The position numbers and the translations under genes are program-made. From an uncultured Veillonellaceae bacterium (GTDB taxonomy: Bacteria; Bacillota; Negativicutes; JARBTT01): a stretch of DNA of 64,000 nucleotides. Of this stretch, positions 46,067-55,063 are shown in pieces. The notes under the pieces are model-generated. The model saw only the letters and a program-made list of their open reading frames with translations, made no database searches and was not told the DNA's origin. The DNA is taken from NCBI GenBank assembly GCA_963805085.1, contig CAWDTA010000003.1:312924-376923 (forward strand), in the 5' to 3' direction. The number at the start of each line of letters is the position of its first letter. Positions within the stretch are counted from its first letter, which is position 1.

Positions 46067-46122
46067 CCTTCACAACTTATTCAATCCGTCTTCATAACTT
46101 CTTCATATCAAATCTATATAGT
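46067..46122 (+). promoter_or_regulatory. Response-regulator-dependent promoter 3 (efflux operon)
   Basis: Four repeats (CCTTCACAA, TATTCAATC, TCTTCATAA, TCTTCATAT) at 11-bp period, 8 nt gap, TATAGT. Confidence 0.7.
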
Positions 46123-46204
46123 AATAAATATGAAAGGTATAAATACATAGCCGCCAAGAATGGTTAGTTATGTAGACTGAGATAAAAAGGAGGTACTATG
46201 AAGA

Positions 46205-47503
46205 ATGAACACGGCAAAGTGGTTAACCCAAAAGGCATTAGCGATGATGGCAGTTATGGTCATTGGTATTGCAGTACCAGGTATGGCGGCTGAAAGTCAA
46301 GAGACCATGACGCTTCGGCAAATTGTCGATACAGCGATAAATAGCAATCCAACGGTGGTAGAGAGCCAAAAACGCTGGGAAGAAAAACAAGCTCGCATTC
46401 CGCTATCGACAGCTTTGTCAAATCCACAGCTCGGGATTATGAAAGATGATATTCCAAAAGATAGCTTAAATCCGTTTGATGGTATGATGACTGAATATAG
46501 TTTAACTCAGGACGTTATGAATCCAGCTAAACGTAAGGCGATGGGGAAAATGGCCGGTAGTGATTCGAAAATGGCCAAAGCCAATTACAAAGATAAGCAA
46601 ATGGAAATCTATACATCTGTTAAAGTGGCTTATTATGATTTACTCTATGCCGATAAATCGCTAGAAATTGGCAAGGAAAGTCAGCAACTAATGGGACAAC
46701 TTGTCCAGATTGCCCAAGTGAATTATTCCACAGGGATGGTATCCCTACAAGATACTTTAAAAGCCCAGACTGAATTTTCCAAAATGACGACTGATTTATT
46801 GAGCATGGCTTCAATGGAAGCAGTAGCGAAAGCAAAGCTAAATACTATGATGGGACGTTCAGCGGATACTTCATTGACAGTCAAGGAAGAATTTAGTGCG
46901 CCAAATCCAGATTTTGATTTTGAGCAATTACTAAAAGAGGCACAAACTGGTAAGCCGTCTGTTTTGAGTATGGAGAATCAAGTTGAGATGGCAAAAGGCG
47001 GGGTAGAATTGGCGAATAAGCAGCAACTGCCGGACTATCAGTTTAGTGTTGCTTATAAAGAGAGAAAGCAAACTGAGATGCAGACAGAGCCTGATACGTG
47101 GAAGGCTAGTGTTATGGTTATGCTGCCAATTTGGCAGCATAAAAACAAAGCTGAAATTAAGGCTGCTACTGCTAACTTTGATGCGGCGCAAGCATCTCTA
47201 AGTAATATGAAAAATATGACTGGACTAGATCTTCAGATGGCACTGACTGAGGCACAGTCTGCTTGGCGTCGTATCGATTTATATAAAAATACGGTTATCC
47301 CTCAGGCAGAGCAAACTTATCAGGCAGGAATTGTTGGTTATACCAATGGCAAGGTCGATTTTATGGCAGTATTGGACAGCCTGAATGCTTTGAAAAATGC
47401 TAAGCTGGATTACTATAAAACTCAAGTCGATTATGAAAAAGCTGCTGCGAATGTAGAAAAATCAGTAGGAAAACCATTATTTACGAGTGGATTAGAACCG
47501 TAA
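46205..47503 (+). CDS. TolC-family outer membrane efflux protein
   Basis: Signal peptide, two OEP repeats (A..SNP, VKVAYYDL, Y..G.V...D.L), first gene of RND operon. Confidence 0.88.
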   Translation: MNTAKWLTQKALAMMAVMVIGIAVPGMAAESQETMTLRQIVDTAINSNPTVVESQKRWEEKQARIPLSTALSNPQLGIMKDDIPKDSLNPFDGMMTEYSLTQDVMNPAKRKAMGKMAGSDSKMAKANYKDKQMEIYTSVKVAYYDLLYADKSLEIGKESQQLMGQLVQIAQVNYSTGMVSLQDTLKAQTEFSKMTTDLLSMASMEAVAKAKLNTMMGRSADTSLTVKEEFSAPNPDFDFEQLLKEAQTGKPSVLSMENQVEMAKGGVELANKQQLPDYQFSVAYKERKQTEMQTEPDTWKASVMVMLPIWQHKNKAEIKAATANFDAAQASLSNMKNMTGLDLQMALTEAQSAWRRIDLYKNTVIPQAEQTYQAGIVGYTNGKVDFMAVLDSLNALKNAKLDYYKTQVDYEKAAANVEKSVGKPLFTSGLEP

Positions 47504-47534
47504 TGAATGATCTGGATGAAAGGAAGAATGTAGC

Positions 47535-48704
47535 ATGATAGAAAAATTTTTGCAAAAAAAGAAACTGATTATTGGAGTGACTACTGGGGTATTAGTCGCT
47601 GGTTCGATAGGCTATTATACTTATATTCAACAAAAACCAGCAGTGATGATGGATCATTCTGCTCATCAAATGGGCGACAGTTCTGTTATGGCAATGGGAG
47701 ATACCGTAACACTAGATGCGAAAGCTAGACAATTAGCAGGGGTGCAGACAGCACAAGTTGTAATGAAGGCTCTTAACAAAGATATAAAAACTACGGGTAA
47801 AATCGCGATGAATGAGAGCGGGCGGACGTATATTACTTCCAGGGTGGAAGGTAGGGTAGATCAATTGTTTGTATCTGCCGATGGTGAAACCATTGGGCAA
47901 GGACAGGCGATTGCCTCGGTGTATAGTCCCACTTATATAGCGGCGCAAGAAGAATATTTGCTCGCGGCGCAGAGTGTGGAGAAACTCAAAGGTGCTGGTA
48001 AAGATGTAGTGCAGATCAACAATCGATTATTAGAAGCAGCCCGGCGAAAACTGCAATTATTAGGTGTATCCGATGAGGCTGTTTCTCAGCTTGAACAGAC
48101 GGGTCAAGCGAATGATCATATGACGATTTATGCCCAATTTGGTGGTACGGTCTTGGAAAAACTGCTATTGCCAGGCGCTTATATCATGCCAGGAGAAAAA
48201 CTATACAGCCTGTCTGATTTATCGACTGTTTGGATGTATGCTGATATTTATGAAAAGGATTTAGCTGGGGTTCAGGTTGGACAACCGGTTACCGTAACAA
48301 GTAGCGCTTATCCGGGTGAAGTTTTTAATGGTCAGGTGACTTTTATCAATCCAATTGTAGATGATAGTAGCCGGACGGTAAAAGTTCGGGTAGCTATGGG
48401 AAACCCTGGCGGTAGGTTGAAACCCAATTTATTTGTGAATGCTGCCATTCGTGTACCATTAGGTGAAAAACTAGTTGTACCAGAATCTAGTCTGATTGAC
48501 ACTGGTGATCGCAAAGTGGTGTATGTGGTTCAAGGCGAGGATACTTTTGTGAAAAGAGATGTGGTAATTGGCCAAGAAGCGGATGGCTATATCCAAATAC
48601 TTTCAGGGCTTGCGCCTAGCGATGTGGTGGTTACAGCTGCGACATTCCTCATTGACTCTCAGACACAGTTGGGTAGCGGCAGTATGGCCGGCATGAAGAT
48701 GTAG
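47535..48704 (+). CDS. RND periplasmic adaptor (CusB-like)
   Basis: YSP...AQEEYL, DLSTVW, SRTVKVR, LKPNLF, FLIDS; MMDHSAHQM. Confidence 0.9.
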   Translation: MIEKFLQKKKLIIGVTTGVLVAGSIGYYTYIQQKPAVMMDHSAHQMGDSSVMAMGDTVTLDAKARQLAGVQTAQVVMKALNKDIKTTGKIAMNESGRTYITSRVEGRVDQLFVSADGETIGQGQAIASVYSPTYIAAQEEYLLAAQSVEKLKGAGKDVVQINNRLLEAARRKLQLLGVSDEAVSQLEQTGQANDHMTIYAQFGGTVLEKLLLPGAYIMPGEKLYSLSDLSTVWMYADIYEKDLAGVQVGQPVTVTSSAYPGEVFNGQVTFINPIVDDSSRTVKVRVAMGNPGGRLKPNLFVNAAIRVPLGEKLVVPESSLIDTGDRKVVYVVQGEDTFVKRDVVIGQEADGYIQILSGLAPSDVVVTAATFLIDSQTQLGSGSMAGMKM

Positions 48705-48717
48705 GGGGTGATGCATT

Positions 48718-51700
48718 ATGTTAGAGAAATTAATTGAGTTTTCTCTGAAGAACAGAGTTATTATTATTGCTTTATCAGTGCTCGTGATCCTCTGGGGAGC
48801 TTTTACTGCCCGAGATACGCCAATTGATGCATTCCCTGATTTGAGCGAAAATCAGGTGCTGGTGTATGCTGACTGGATGGGACGTGGTCCGCAGGAAGTG
48901 CAGGATCAGGTAACCTATCCTTTGGAAACGGCTTTGCGTGGGCTGCCACAAGTAAAAGAGGTACGATCAAATTCTTCCTTTGGCTTTTCTATGGTAACGG
49001 TCATTTTTGAAGATGGTGTCGATCCATACTTTGCCAGACAAGTGGTGAATGAAAAAGTACAACAAGCCATTCCTAAACTACCTACAGGAGTGCAACCTTC
49101 ATTAGGTCCTGTCAGTACGCCGATGGGGCAAGTTTTTATGTATACCATTGAAAGTGATCGGCACAACCTAGCGGATTTACGGACAGTGCAAGATTTTACA
49201 ATTAAGCAACAATTAAGTGCTGTACCTGGTGTAGCCGAGGTAGCTAGCATTGGTGGCTATGTTTTGCAGTATCAAGTGAATATAGATCCGAATTTAATGA
49301 AATCATATAGGGTTACCGTTGGACAGGTATTTAGTGCAATTGGGGCTAATAATGCCAACGTTGGTGCCAAAGTTGTGGAACAAAATGGTCAAGAATTTGT
49401 CATCCGCGGTCTTGGTCTCGTGCAATCTATTGAAGATATTAAAAATATTGTGATTATGCAGAACAATAACATCCCAATCTATGTAAAAGATGTGGCTAGG
49501 GTAACTGCTGGTCCGGATTTTCGCAGGGGTGTACTGACGAAGGATGGCTATGAGATAGCTGGTGGTATTGTCATTCAACGTATGGGCGAAAATACGCTGA
49601 ATGTCATTGAGCAAGTGAAAGCAAAAATTGCTGAAATTCAACCAACCTTACCTCAGGGAATGCGCATTGTTCCTTACTATGATCAGACAGAGCTGGTAAA
49701 CAATGCAGTCAATACTCTCAAACGAGCGTTGATTGAAGAATTCGTTCTGGTATCTATCATTGTTCTGGCCTTTTTAGGAAATTGGCGTTCTAGTATCATT
49801 GTGACTAGTGCGATTCCTATTGGTATTCTTATTGCTTTGATTGCGATGAAAGGAATTCACTTATCAGCCAATTTAATGTCCTTGGGAGGCATTGCCATTG
49901 GAATTGGTGTTATGACCGATGCGGCGATTGTTATGGTAGAAAATGTTTATCGCCATCTGGCTGAAAACGGTGGTCGACGAAATATTGTTGATGTGACCTT
50001 AGAAGCGGCGAAAGAAGTAGCTGTGCCGATTTTCTTCTCCATCACAATTATCATTGTAACCTTCCTTCCCGTGTTTACCATGACAGGGACAGAGGGAAAA
50101 ATGTATATGCCGATGGCCTTTGCAAAATCCTTTGCTATGACGGGTTCACTAATCCTGGCATTTACGTTGGTGCCAGTGTTATGTACCTTATTATTGAAGG
50201 GTAAAATCAAAGAAGAAGACACTTGGATCGTGGGAAAAATGCATAAATTATATGTGCCCTTGCTAAATAAAGTGTTGAAGTATAAAAAGGCAACAATTGG
50301 GATGGCGTTGGCGGTGATTATTGCGGGATTCTCTTTATTACCACTGATTGGAACTACCTTTATGCCTGAACTGGATGAAGGAACCATTTTGGTTATGCCG
50401 ACGATGCTTCCTAGCGTATCCTTGACGCAGGCAGTAGAAGCTGCAAAAACAATGGATAAGATCATCATGGAAATACCGGAAGTCGATATGTCGGTAGGAA
50501 AAGTGGGGCGAGCGGAGTCAGCTTTGGATCCAGCCCCAGTGAATATGATCGAGACGGTTGTTACTTTAAGGCCGAAAGAACAGTGGCGCCCTGGTATGAC
50601 TAAAGAAGCTATTAAACAGGAAATGACGGCTAAACTTTCTAGTCTTCCTGGCCTCAACTTAGCCCTTACGCAGCCGATTGCTGGTAGATTGTCAATGTTG
50701 ACAACGGGCGTACGGACAGAATTGGGTATCAAGTTGTATGGTGAAGACCTGAAGGTCTTACAGCAAAAAGCCTCTGAAATTGAAAAAGCTTTGGGAGATG
50801 TTCCTGGAGCGAGTGACTTATATGCTGAGCGAGTATTTGGAGCACCTTATCTAGAAATACAAATGGATCGGGAAAAAATAGCTCGTTATGGCCTTAATGT
50901 TGGTGATGTAGAAGATGCCATAGAACTGGCTGTAGGTGGTAAAACTGCCACCACAACAGTAGAAGGTAAAAAGCGGTTTGACGTGCTAGTGCGTTATAAT
51001 CGAGAGAATCGCGAACATATAGATGCAATGCAAAATATCTTGGTTCCAGTGGCCAGCGGTGGTGTGAAGACTGCTGGTAGTGGTATGGGCGGTGGTATGG
51101 CTAGTAGTGGGGCGGCTAAAACAGCTGCTGTTTCAACTGGTGGTGCTTACGTACCATTAGGCGATGTAGCCAGATTTCAAGTGGTTGATGGACCATCCAT
51201 GATCAGTAGTGAAAATGGCGTTTATCGTATCATCGTTCAGATGAATACCAAAGACAGGGATGTGGTCAGCTTTGTCGATGAAGCTTCTAAAGTCATCAAA
51301 GAGAAGGTTGATTTACCACCGGGCTATTCGATGAAGTGGACCGGACAGTACGAAAATCAGCAACGGGCGAAAACGCGCTTGGGAATGGTAGTTCCAGCGG
51401 TTATTGTCCTCACGTTCTTCTTATTATATATGAGTTTTAAATCAGTTGATGATGCTTTTCTCATTATGCTTAATATCCCATTCTCGCTAGTAGGAGGTAT
51501 TGTGGCCATTTATGCTACTGATACGTATTTGACGGTGGCGGCTGCCGTAGGCTTCATTGCACTTTGTGGTATTGCGGTGCAGAATGGTGTCATCATGATG
51601 ACGTATATTAAGCAACTTCGGGAAAGTAAATCTCTAGAAGAAGCAATTGTTGAAGGTGCCATTACCCGTCTTCGCCCAGTTATGATTACTGCCTTGGTGG

Positions 51701-51903
51701 CTAGTTTAGGTTTGTTTCCGCTCATTTTTTCTAATGGGACTGGGGCTGAAGTACAACGTCCAATGGCTACTGTAGTTGTTGGTGGCTTAGTTACATCGAC
51801 GATTCTGACGCTTTTTGTATTGCCTTGTATTTATTTAGTGTGGCATCAATGGCGTGAGCGTAAACACAAAGCTAAGGCAGCGGTAAATTCCATTGAAAAA
51901 TAA
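48718..51903 (+). CDS. cusA: CusA/CzcA family heavy-metal efflux RND transporter
   Basis: IDAFPDLSENQV, NLMSLGGIAIGIG..DAAIVMVEN, FMPELDEG..LVMP, DPAPVNMIET (Cu/Ag-type Met sites), RLRPVMIT. Confidence 0.9.
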   Translation: MLEKLIEFSLKNRVIIIALSVLVILWGAFTARDTPIDAFPDLSENQVLVYADWMGRGPQEVQDQVTYPLETALRGLPQVKEVRSNSSFGFSMVTVIFEDGVDPYFARQVVNEKVQQAIPKLPTGVQPSLGPVSTPMGQVFMYTIESDRHNLADLRTVQDFTIKQQLSAVPGVAEVASIGGYVLQYQVNIDPNLMKSYRVTVGQVFSAIGANNANVGAKVVEQNGQEFVIRGLGLVQSIEDIKNIVIMQNNNIPIYVKDVARVTAGPDFRRGVLTKDGYEIAGGIVIQRMGENTLNVIEQVKAKIAEIQPTLPQGMRIVPYYDQTELVNNAVNTLKRALIEEFVLVSIIVLAFLGNWRSSIIVTSAIPIGILIALIAMKGIHLSANLMSLGGIAIGIGVMTDAAIVMVENVYRHLAENGGRRNIVDVTLEAAKEVAVPIFFSITIIIVTFLPVFTMTGTEGKMYMPMAFAKSFAMTGSLILAFTLVPVLCTLLLKGKIKEEDTWIVGKMHKLYVPLLNKVLKYKKATIGMALAVIIAGFSLLPLIGTTFMPELDEGTILVMPTMLPSVSLTQAVEAAKTMDKIIMEIPEVDMSVGKVGRAESALDPAPVNMIETVVTLRPKEQWRPGMTKEAIKQEMTAKLSSLPGLNLALTQPIAGRLSMLTTGVRTELGIKLYGEDLKVLQQKASEIEKALGDVPGASDLYAERVFGAPYLEIQMDREKIARYGLNVGDVEDAIELAVGGKTATTTVEGKKRFDVLVRYNRENREHIDAMQNILVPVASGGVKTAGSGMGGGMASSGAAKTAAVSTGGAYVPLGDVARFQVVDGPSMISSENGVYRIIVQMNTKDRDVVSFVDEASKVIKEKVDLPPGYSMKWTGQYENQQRAKTRLGMVVPAVIVLTFFLLYMSFKSVDDAFLIMLNIPFSLVGGIVAIYATDTYLTVAAAVGFIALCGIAVQNGVIMMTYIKQLRESKSLEEAIVEGAITRLRPVMITALVASLGLFPLIFSNGTGAEVQRPMATVVVGGLVTSTILTLFVLPCIYLVWHQWRERKHKAKAAVNSIEK

Positions 51904-51930
51904 TTTATAAGAAGTAAGGAGAAATATAAA

Positions 51931-52410
51931 ATGAAAAAAAATAAATTAATAGTAGGGATTCTATTCATCACGGTGGCTTTGATATTGGTGACAGGATGCG
52001 GTTCAAGTGAAAAACAAGCGGCGTCTCAGCCGCCTGCTAGTCAACAAACATCTGGACATGAAGGTATGAATATGTCAGGACATGAAAACATGTCGATGCC
52101 TAAGGGCGATCCTATGCCGATGATGAAAGATATGGATAAAGGTTTGCAAGATGTAGTTAAACAAGTAAAAGATGGTAAAACGATGGATGCACAAAAAACT
52201 GCGATACAACTTGTAAGTACTACGGAAAAAATTATGCCCCATATGATGGATGCTGAATTAAAGGAAAAATTAAGTAAAGCCATAGCAGATCTTAAAGATA
52301 GTGTGAATTCTGGGAAAATTGATCCTGCTGCTTTAGATGTCAAAGTCAAAACTATGCAAGAACTTATGAAACAAGCAACTACTGATATACAAAGCATGAA
52401 TCATAATTAA
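51931..52410 (+). CDS. Met/His-rich lipoprotein, putative Cu/Ag-binding
   Basis: Lipobox VTGC; GHEGMNMSGHENMSM...MPMM. Confidence 0.75.
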   Translation: MKKNKLIVGILFITVALILVTGCGSSEKQAASQPPASQQTSGHEGMNMSGHENMSMPKGDPMPMMKDMDKGLQDVVKQVKDGKTMDAQKTAIQLVSTTEKIMPHMMDAELKEKLSKAIADLKDSVNSGKIDPAALDVKVKTMQELMKQATTDIQSMNHN

Positions 52411-52430
52411 TGGCGAGGGAGGAGCAGTTG

Positions 52431-52991
52431 ATGAAAAACTTGATTTTGATTACTATATTGACAGGAACACTTCTAAGTGGAGTGGTATTGGTTCAAGCCT
52501 CTGCTCCAACCTCTGGTTACAATCAGTTTCTCCTATCAATTGATTCCATTCAGTCGGGGGCTGTTATGCCAATTGTTGATCAAACACAAATCTCTGGTCG
52601 GGTTGCTTCATTGCCAAATGGACAGACCGCACAAATCTTAGCCATTGCTAAAGAAATGCTCGGTCAACCTGTAGTATGGGGCGGGGCTTCGCCTAGTAAT
52701 GGATTTGATTGCTCTGGTCTGGTCCAGTATGTTTACCGACAAGCGGGAATAAATCTGCCACGTACGGCAGATTTGCAATTTCTGGTTGGTCAGACGATAT
52801 CCATATCCTATCTCCAGCCAGGTGATTTGGTTTATTTCACCACTTATGAACCTGGGGCATCCCATGTAGGAATCTATATTGGAAATAGTAAATTCATTCA
52901 TACATCTTTTTCTAAAGGTATAGTAGCAATTGGCAACATGAATGACAGCTATTTTGTGCAGCGGTACTACGGAGCAAAAAGAGTATTGTAG
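52431..52991 (+). CDS. NlpC/P60 (C40) peptidoglycan endopeptidase
   Basis: WGG..GFDCSG, LPRTA..Q, PGDLVYF, HVGIY, FIH; signal peptide; RBS GGAGG. Confidence 0.9.
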   Translation: MKNLILITILTGTLLSGVVLVQASAPTSGYNQFLLSIDSIQSGAVMPIVDQTQISGRVASLPNGQTAQILAIAKEMLGQPVVWGGASPSNGFDCSGLVQYVYRQAGINLPRTADLQFLVGQTISISYLQPGDLVYFTTYEPGASHVGIYIGNSKFIHTSFSKGIVAIGNMNDSYFVQRYYGAKRVL

Positions 52992-53027
52992 AATATATTA
53001 TAGAAGGAAAAATTGCCAATTCATATA

Positions 53028-53120
53028 AAGCAACTCGTCGAAAACCATGGTGGGCAAGTTAGTGTCGAAAGTATTGTGGGTAGGGGCAGTAGTTTTCAGG
53101 TGCTGTTACCAATTGAATAA
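53028..53120 (+). pseudogene. Orphan 3' fragment of a histidine kinase
   Basis: KQLVENHGGQVSVESIVGRGSSFQVLLPIE* closely matches C-terminus of kinase 2 (45889-45975); no start or upstream coding part. Confidence 0.85.
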
Positions 53121-53149
53121 GTAAATAAATGATTGTATCTATCATAACT

Positions 53150-53187
53150 AAAGACGCCTATCTCAACTTTGAGATAGGCGTCTTTTT
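53150..53187. terminator. Bidirectional terminator
   Basis: AAAGACGCCTATCTCAA/TTGAGATAGGCGTCTTT. Confidence 0.8.
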
Positions 53188-53192
53188 ATGGA

Positions 53193-53819
53193 TTAAGCAT
53201 CATCAGAGCACCAATCATGATAATAGGTAGATGACGCGTCGGGAATAGGGGAACAACAGGGTTCTGGTTGATGTATGTCATTGGTACATAGAGGAATATC
53301 AGAGTCGTCACATGACGTTGATGAATTGCTATTACAGGAGTCTAATTCACATACTTCACTTTTTGATATTTGGGGGAATGTGCAACAATGAATTGTATTA
53401 GGGTGCGAAACATGTGATGGTAATTTTTTACAACTAGAGGTGACATTTAAAATACTTACCTTAACTACCGATATCGCTTCAATACATCGACAGTCATGGA
53501 TATCAACATGTTGATATTCAACAGTTGCCTTTAGTTGAACATTCATAGTGCGCTTTATCCGAGAGTTTTGAATTACGTTGCAATTGAACGGTAGTTCAAA
53601 ATGAACAAAATACACCGATTGGGTGCAGTCTGTTGTCCGAGATACATATTCTATACACAAATCAATATGACCGCAAAAAACAATTTTTTTATTAATGACT
53701 GAAGTATGGTCAATATGGGGAAACGCCGTTGTTCTTAGGATAAAATCAATACTAGGTGCTGATTCCGGCAACGTAAACATATCGTGTACATTAACCAGTA
53801 CGTTTTTTTTGTGACTCAT
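53193..53819 (-). CDS. SPOCS/DUF3794-like spore coat protein with Cys-rich tail
   Basis: LP...P.I..I, KKIVFCG.I.LCIEYV...QSVYFVHFELPF; RBS GGAGGT. Confidence 0.75.
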   Translation of the reverse strand: MSHKKNVLVNVHDMFTLPESAPSIDFILRTTAFPHIDHTSVINKKIVFCGHIDLCIEYVSRTTDCTQSVYFVHFELPFNCNVIQNSRIKRTMNVQLKATVEYQHVDIHDCRCIEAISVVKVSILNVTSSCKKLPSHVSHPNTIHCCTFPQISKSEVCELDSCNSNSSTSCDDSDIPLCTNDIHQPEPCCSPIPDASSTYYHDWCSDDA

Positions 53820-53866
53820 AAATACTTTACCTCCCCCAATTAGCATAGTTTATTTGTCGCTGGAGG

Positions 53867-54496
53867 TTATTGACCATAATAACCTGGAATTTCACTCTGG
53901 TTGTGATATATAGTGCTGCAATCAGATAATGGTGAATAAGTTTTTACTGTGCATAGATCCGTCTGGCAGGATGAAGTCTCGCAGGGGTCTAGTAACTCTT
54001 GACAACAACAATCCACGGGTTGGTCGCACGACGATTCGCATTGGCAGTTATGACAAGATTTTAATATAGGACAGGCAAAGATTAATGTAGATATAAGTAA
54101 GCAGCGGCAATCAAGTTTGTTAATTGATATATATTCTACGGCGATGCATATATCCGTAACTTCATGATGCGCTTTCTCAAATAAGACAAACATACAAAAT
54201 GGGATTTTGAAATGCGCTGTATGCACACTTTGACAATGCTCGGCCGCAGTATACATTACTTTAATGTTTTTAACGGCTTCGATGATAAGTTTTTTACCAA
54301 CTGGTGTGGGAATAATCTTGAAATTACTTAGCGATATCGTTACTGATACACTTAGTACATATAAAATATCAGGTTTTTTATTAGGAATAAACAGCCTGTC
54401 GGTTTTGCAGGTTTCGATGCAAAATTCCAAGGGTGGATTAGGTGGAAAAAGTGAAGGAGGGGTAATGCCAATAATTTCAACTTCATTTGAAAACAA
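53867..54496 (-). CDS. SPOCS/DUF3794-like spore coat protein with Cys-rich tail
   Basis: IPNKKPDI, TPVGKKLIIE, YTA..QSVHTAHFKIPF; TTG start inferred. Confidence 0.8.
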   Translation of the reverse strand: MFSNEVEIIGITPPSLFPPNPPLEFCIETCKTDRLFIPNKKPDILYVLSVSVTISLSNFKIIPTPVGKKLIIEAVKNIKVMYTAAEHCQSVHTAHFKIPFCMFVLFEKAHHEVTDICIAVEYISINKLDCRCLLISTLIFACPILKSCHNCQCESSCDQPVDCCCQELLDPCETSSCQTDLCTVKTYSPLSDCSTIYHNQSEIPGYYGQ

Positions 54497-54524
54497 AATA
54501 ATCACTTCCAAATCCATTTTTTTA

Positions 54525-54551
54525 TAGTTTATGATTTACATAAGAATTTGT
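54525..54551 (-). promoter_or_regulatory. SigK-type promoter for leftward SPOCS genes
   Basis: Minus strand AC-N16-CATAAACTA. Confidence 0.55.
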
Positions 54552-54701
54552 TTACTTGTTCATTTAAATAGTTAGAGAGAACTATTGGATGTAATTTCTT
54601 TTGATAAACAAGAAATGTGTTGTATTTTAAAATTATCAAAAGTTTTTTTATGTAACCTGTTTTATGTAAATGAATAGAATGTTATCAAAGGTGGTGAAAA
54701 C

Positions 54702-55063
54702 ATGGCGGGAAATATACTATATTATGGTAATAATCCTCGAAAAAAAGGAAATTGCCATATGGCAGAAGGAAAACATTACCCAGCTAGTTGACCTGTCAGT
54801 ACTTCCAGAGTGCGCCACTAGATATCAAAGTAATAGGTTATGATTTTGAATCTTATTGTTCTTTAGATGCTTGTTGTAAGTGTCGCCCGGGATTGTACAA
54901 AAGCAACACATTTTCCAAGTTAACCATTGTATTTATTGCTGATGAAGTTAACAATCCTAGTAAGGCTGCTCCGCGATTCGGTGGAGTATATGGTATATTG
55001 ACGATGTATTTTTGTTTTAAAAGTATAAATAGGTTCCATAAAAGAAAGGAGGCTTTACTATGA
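54702..55063 (+). pseudogene. Probable frameshifted gene heading rightward SPOCS operon
   Basis: RBS AAGGTGGTG + ATG 54702; three overlapping open segments in successive frames ending at the next gene start. Confidence 0.45.

Noticed and set aside
46198-46293. Out-of-frame 31-codon ORF sharing the tolC RBS
   Set aside because: Only 4 nt RBS spacing and no other evidence of translation
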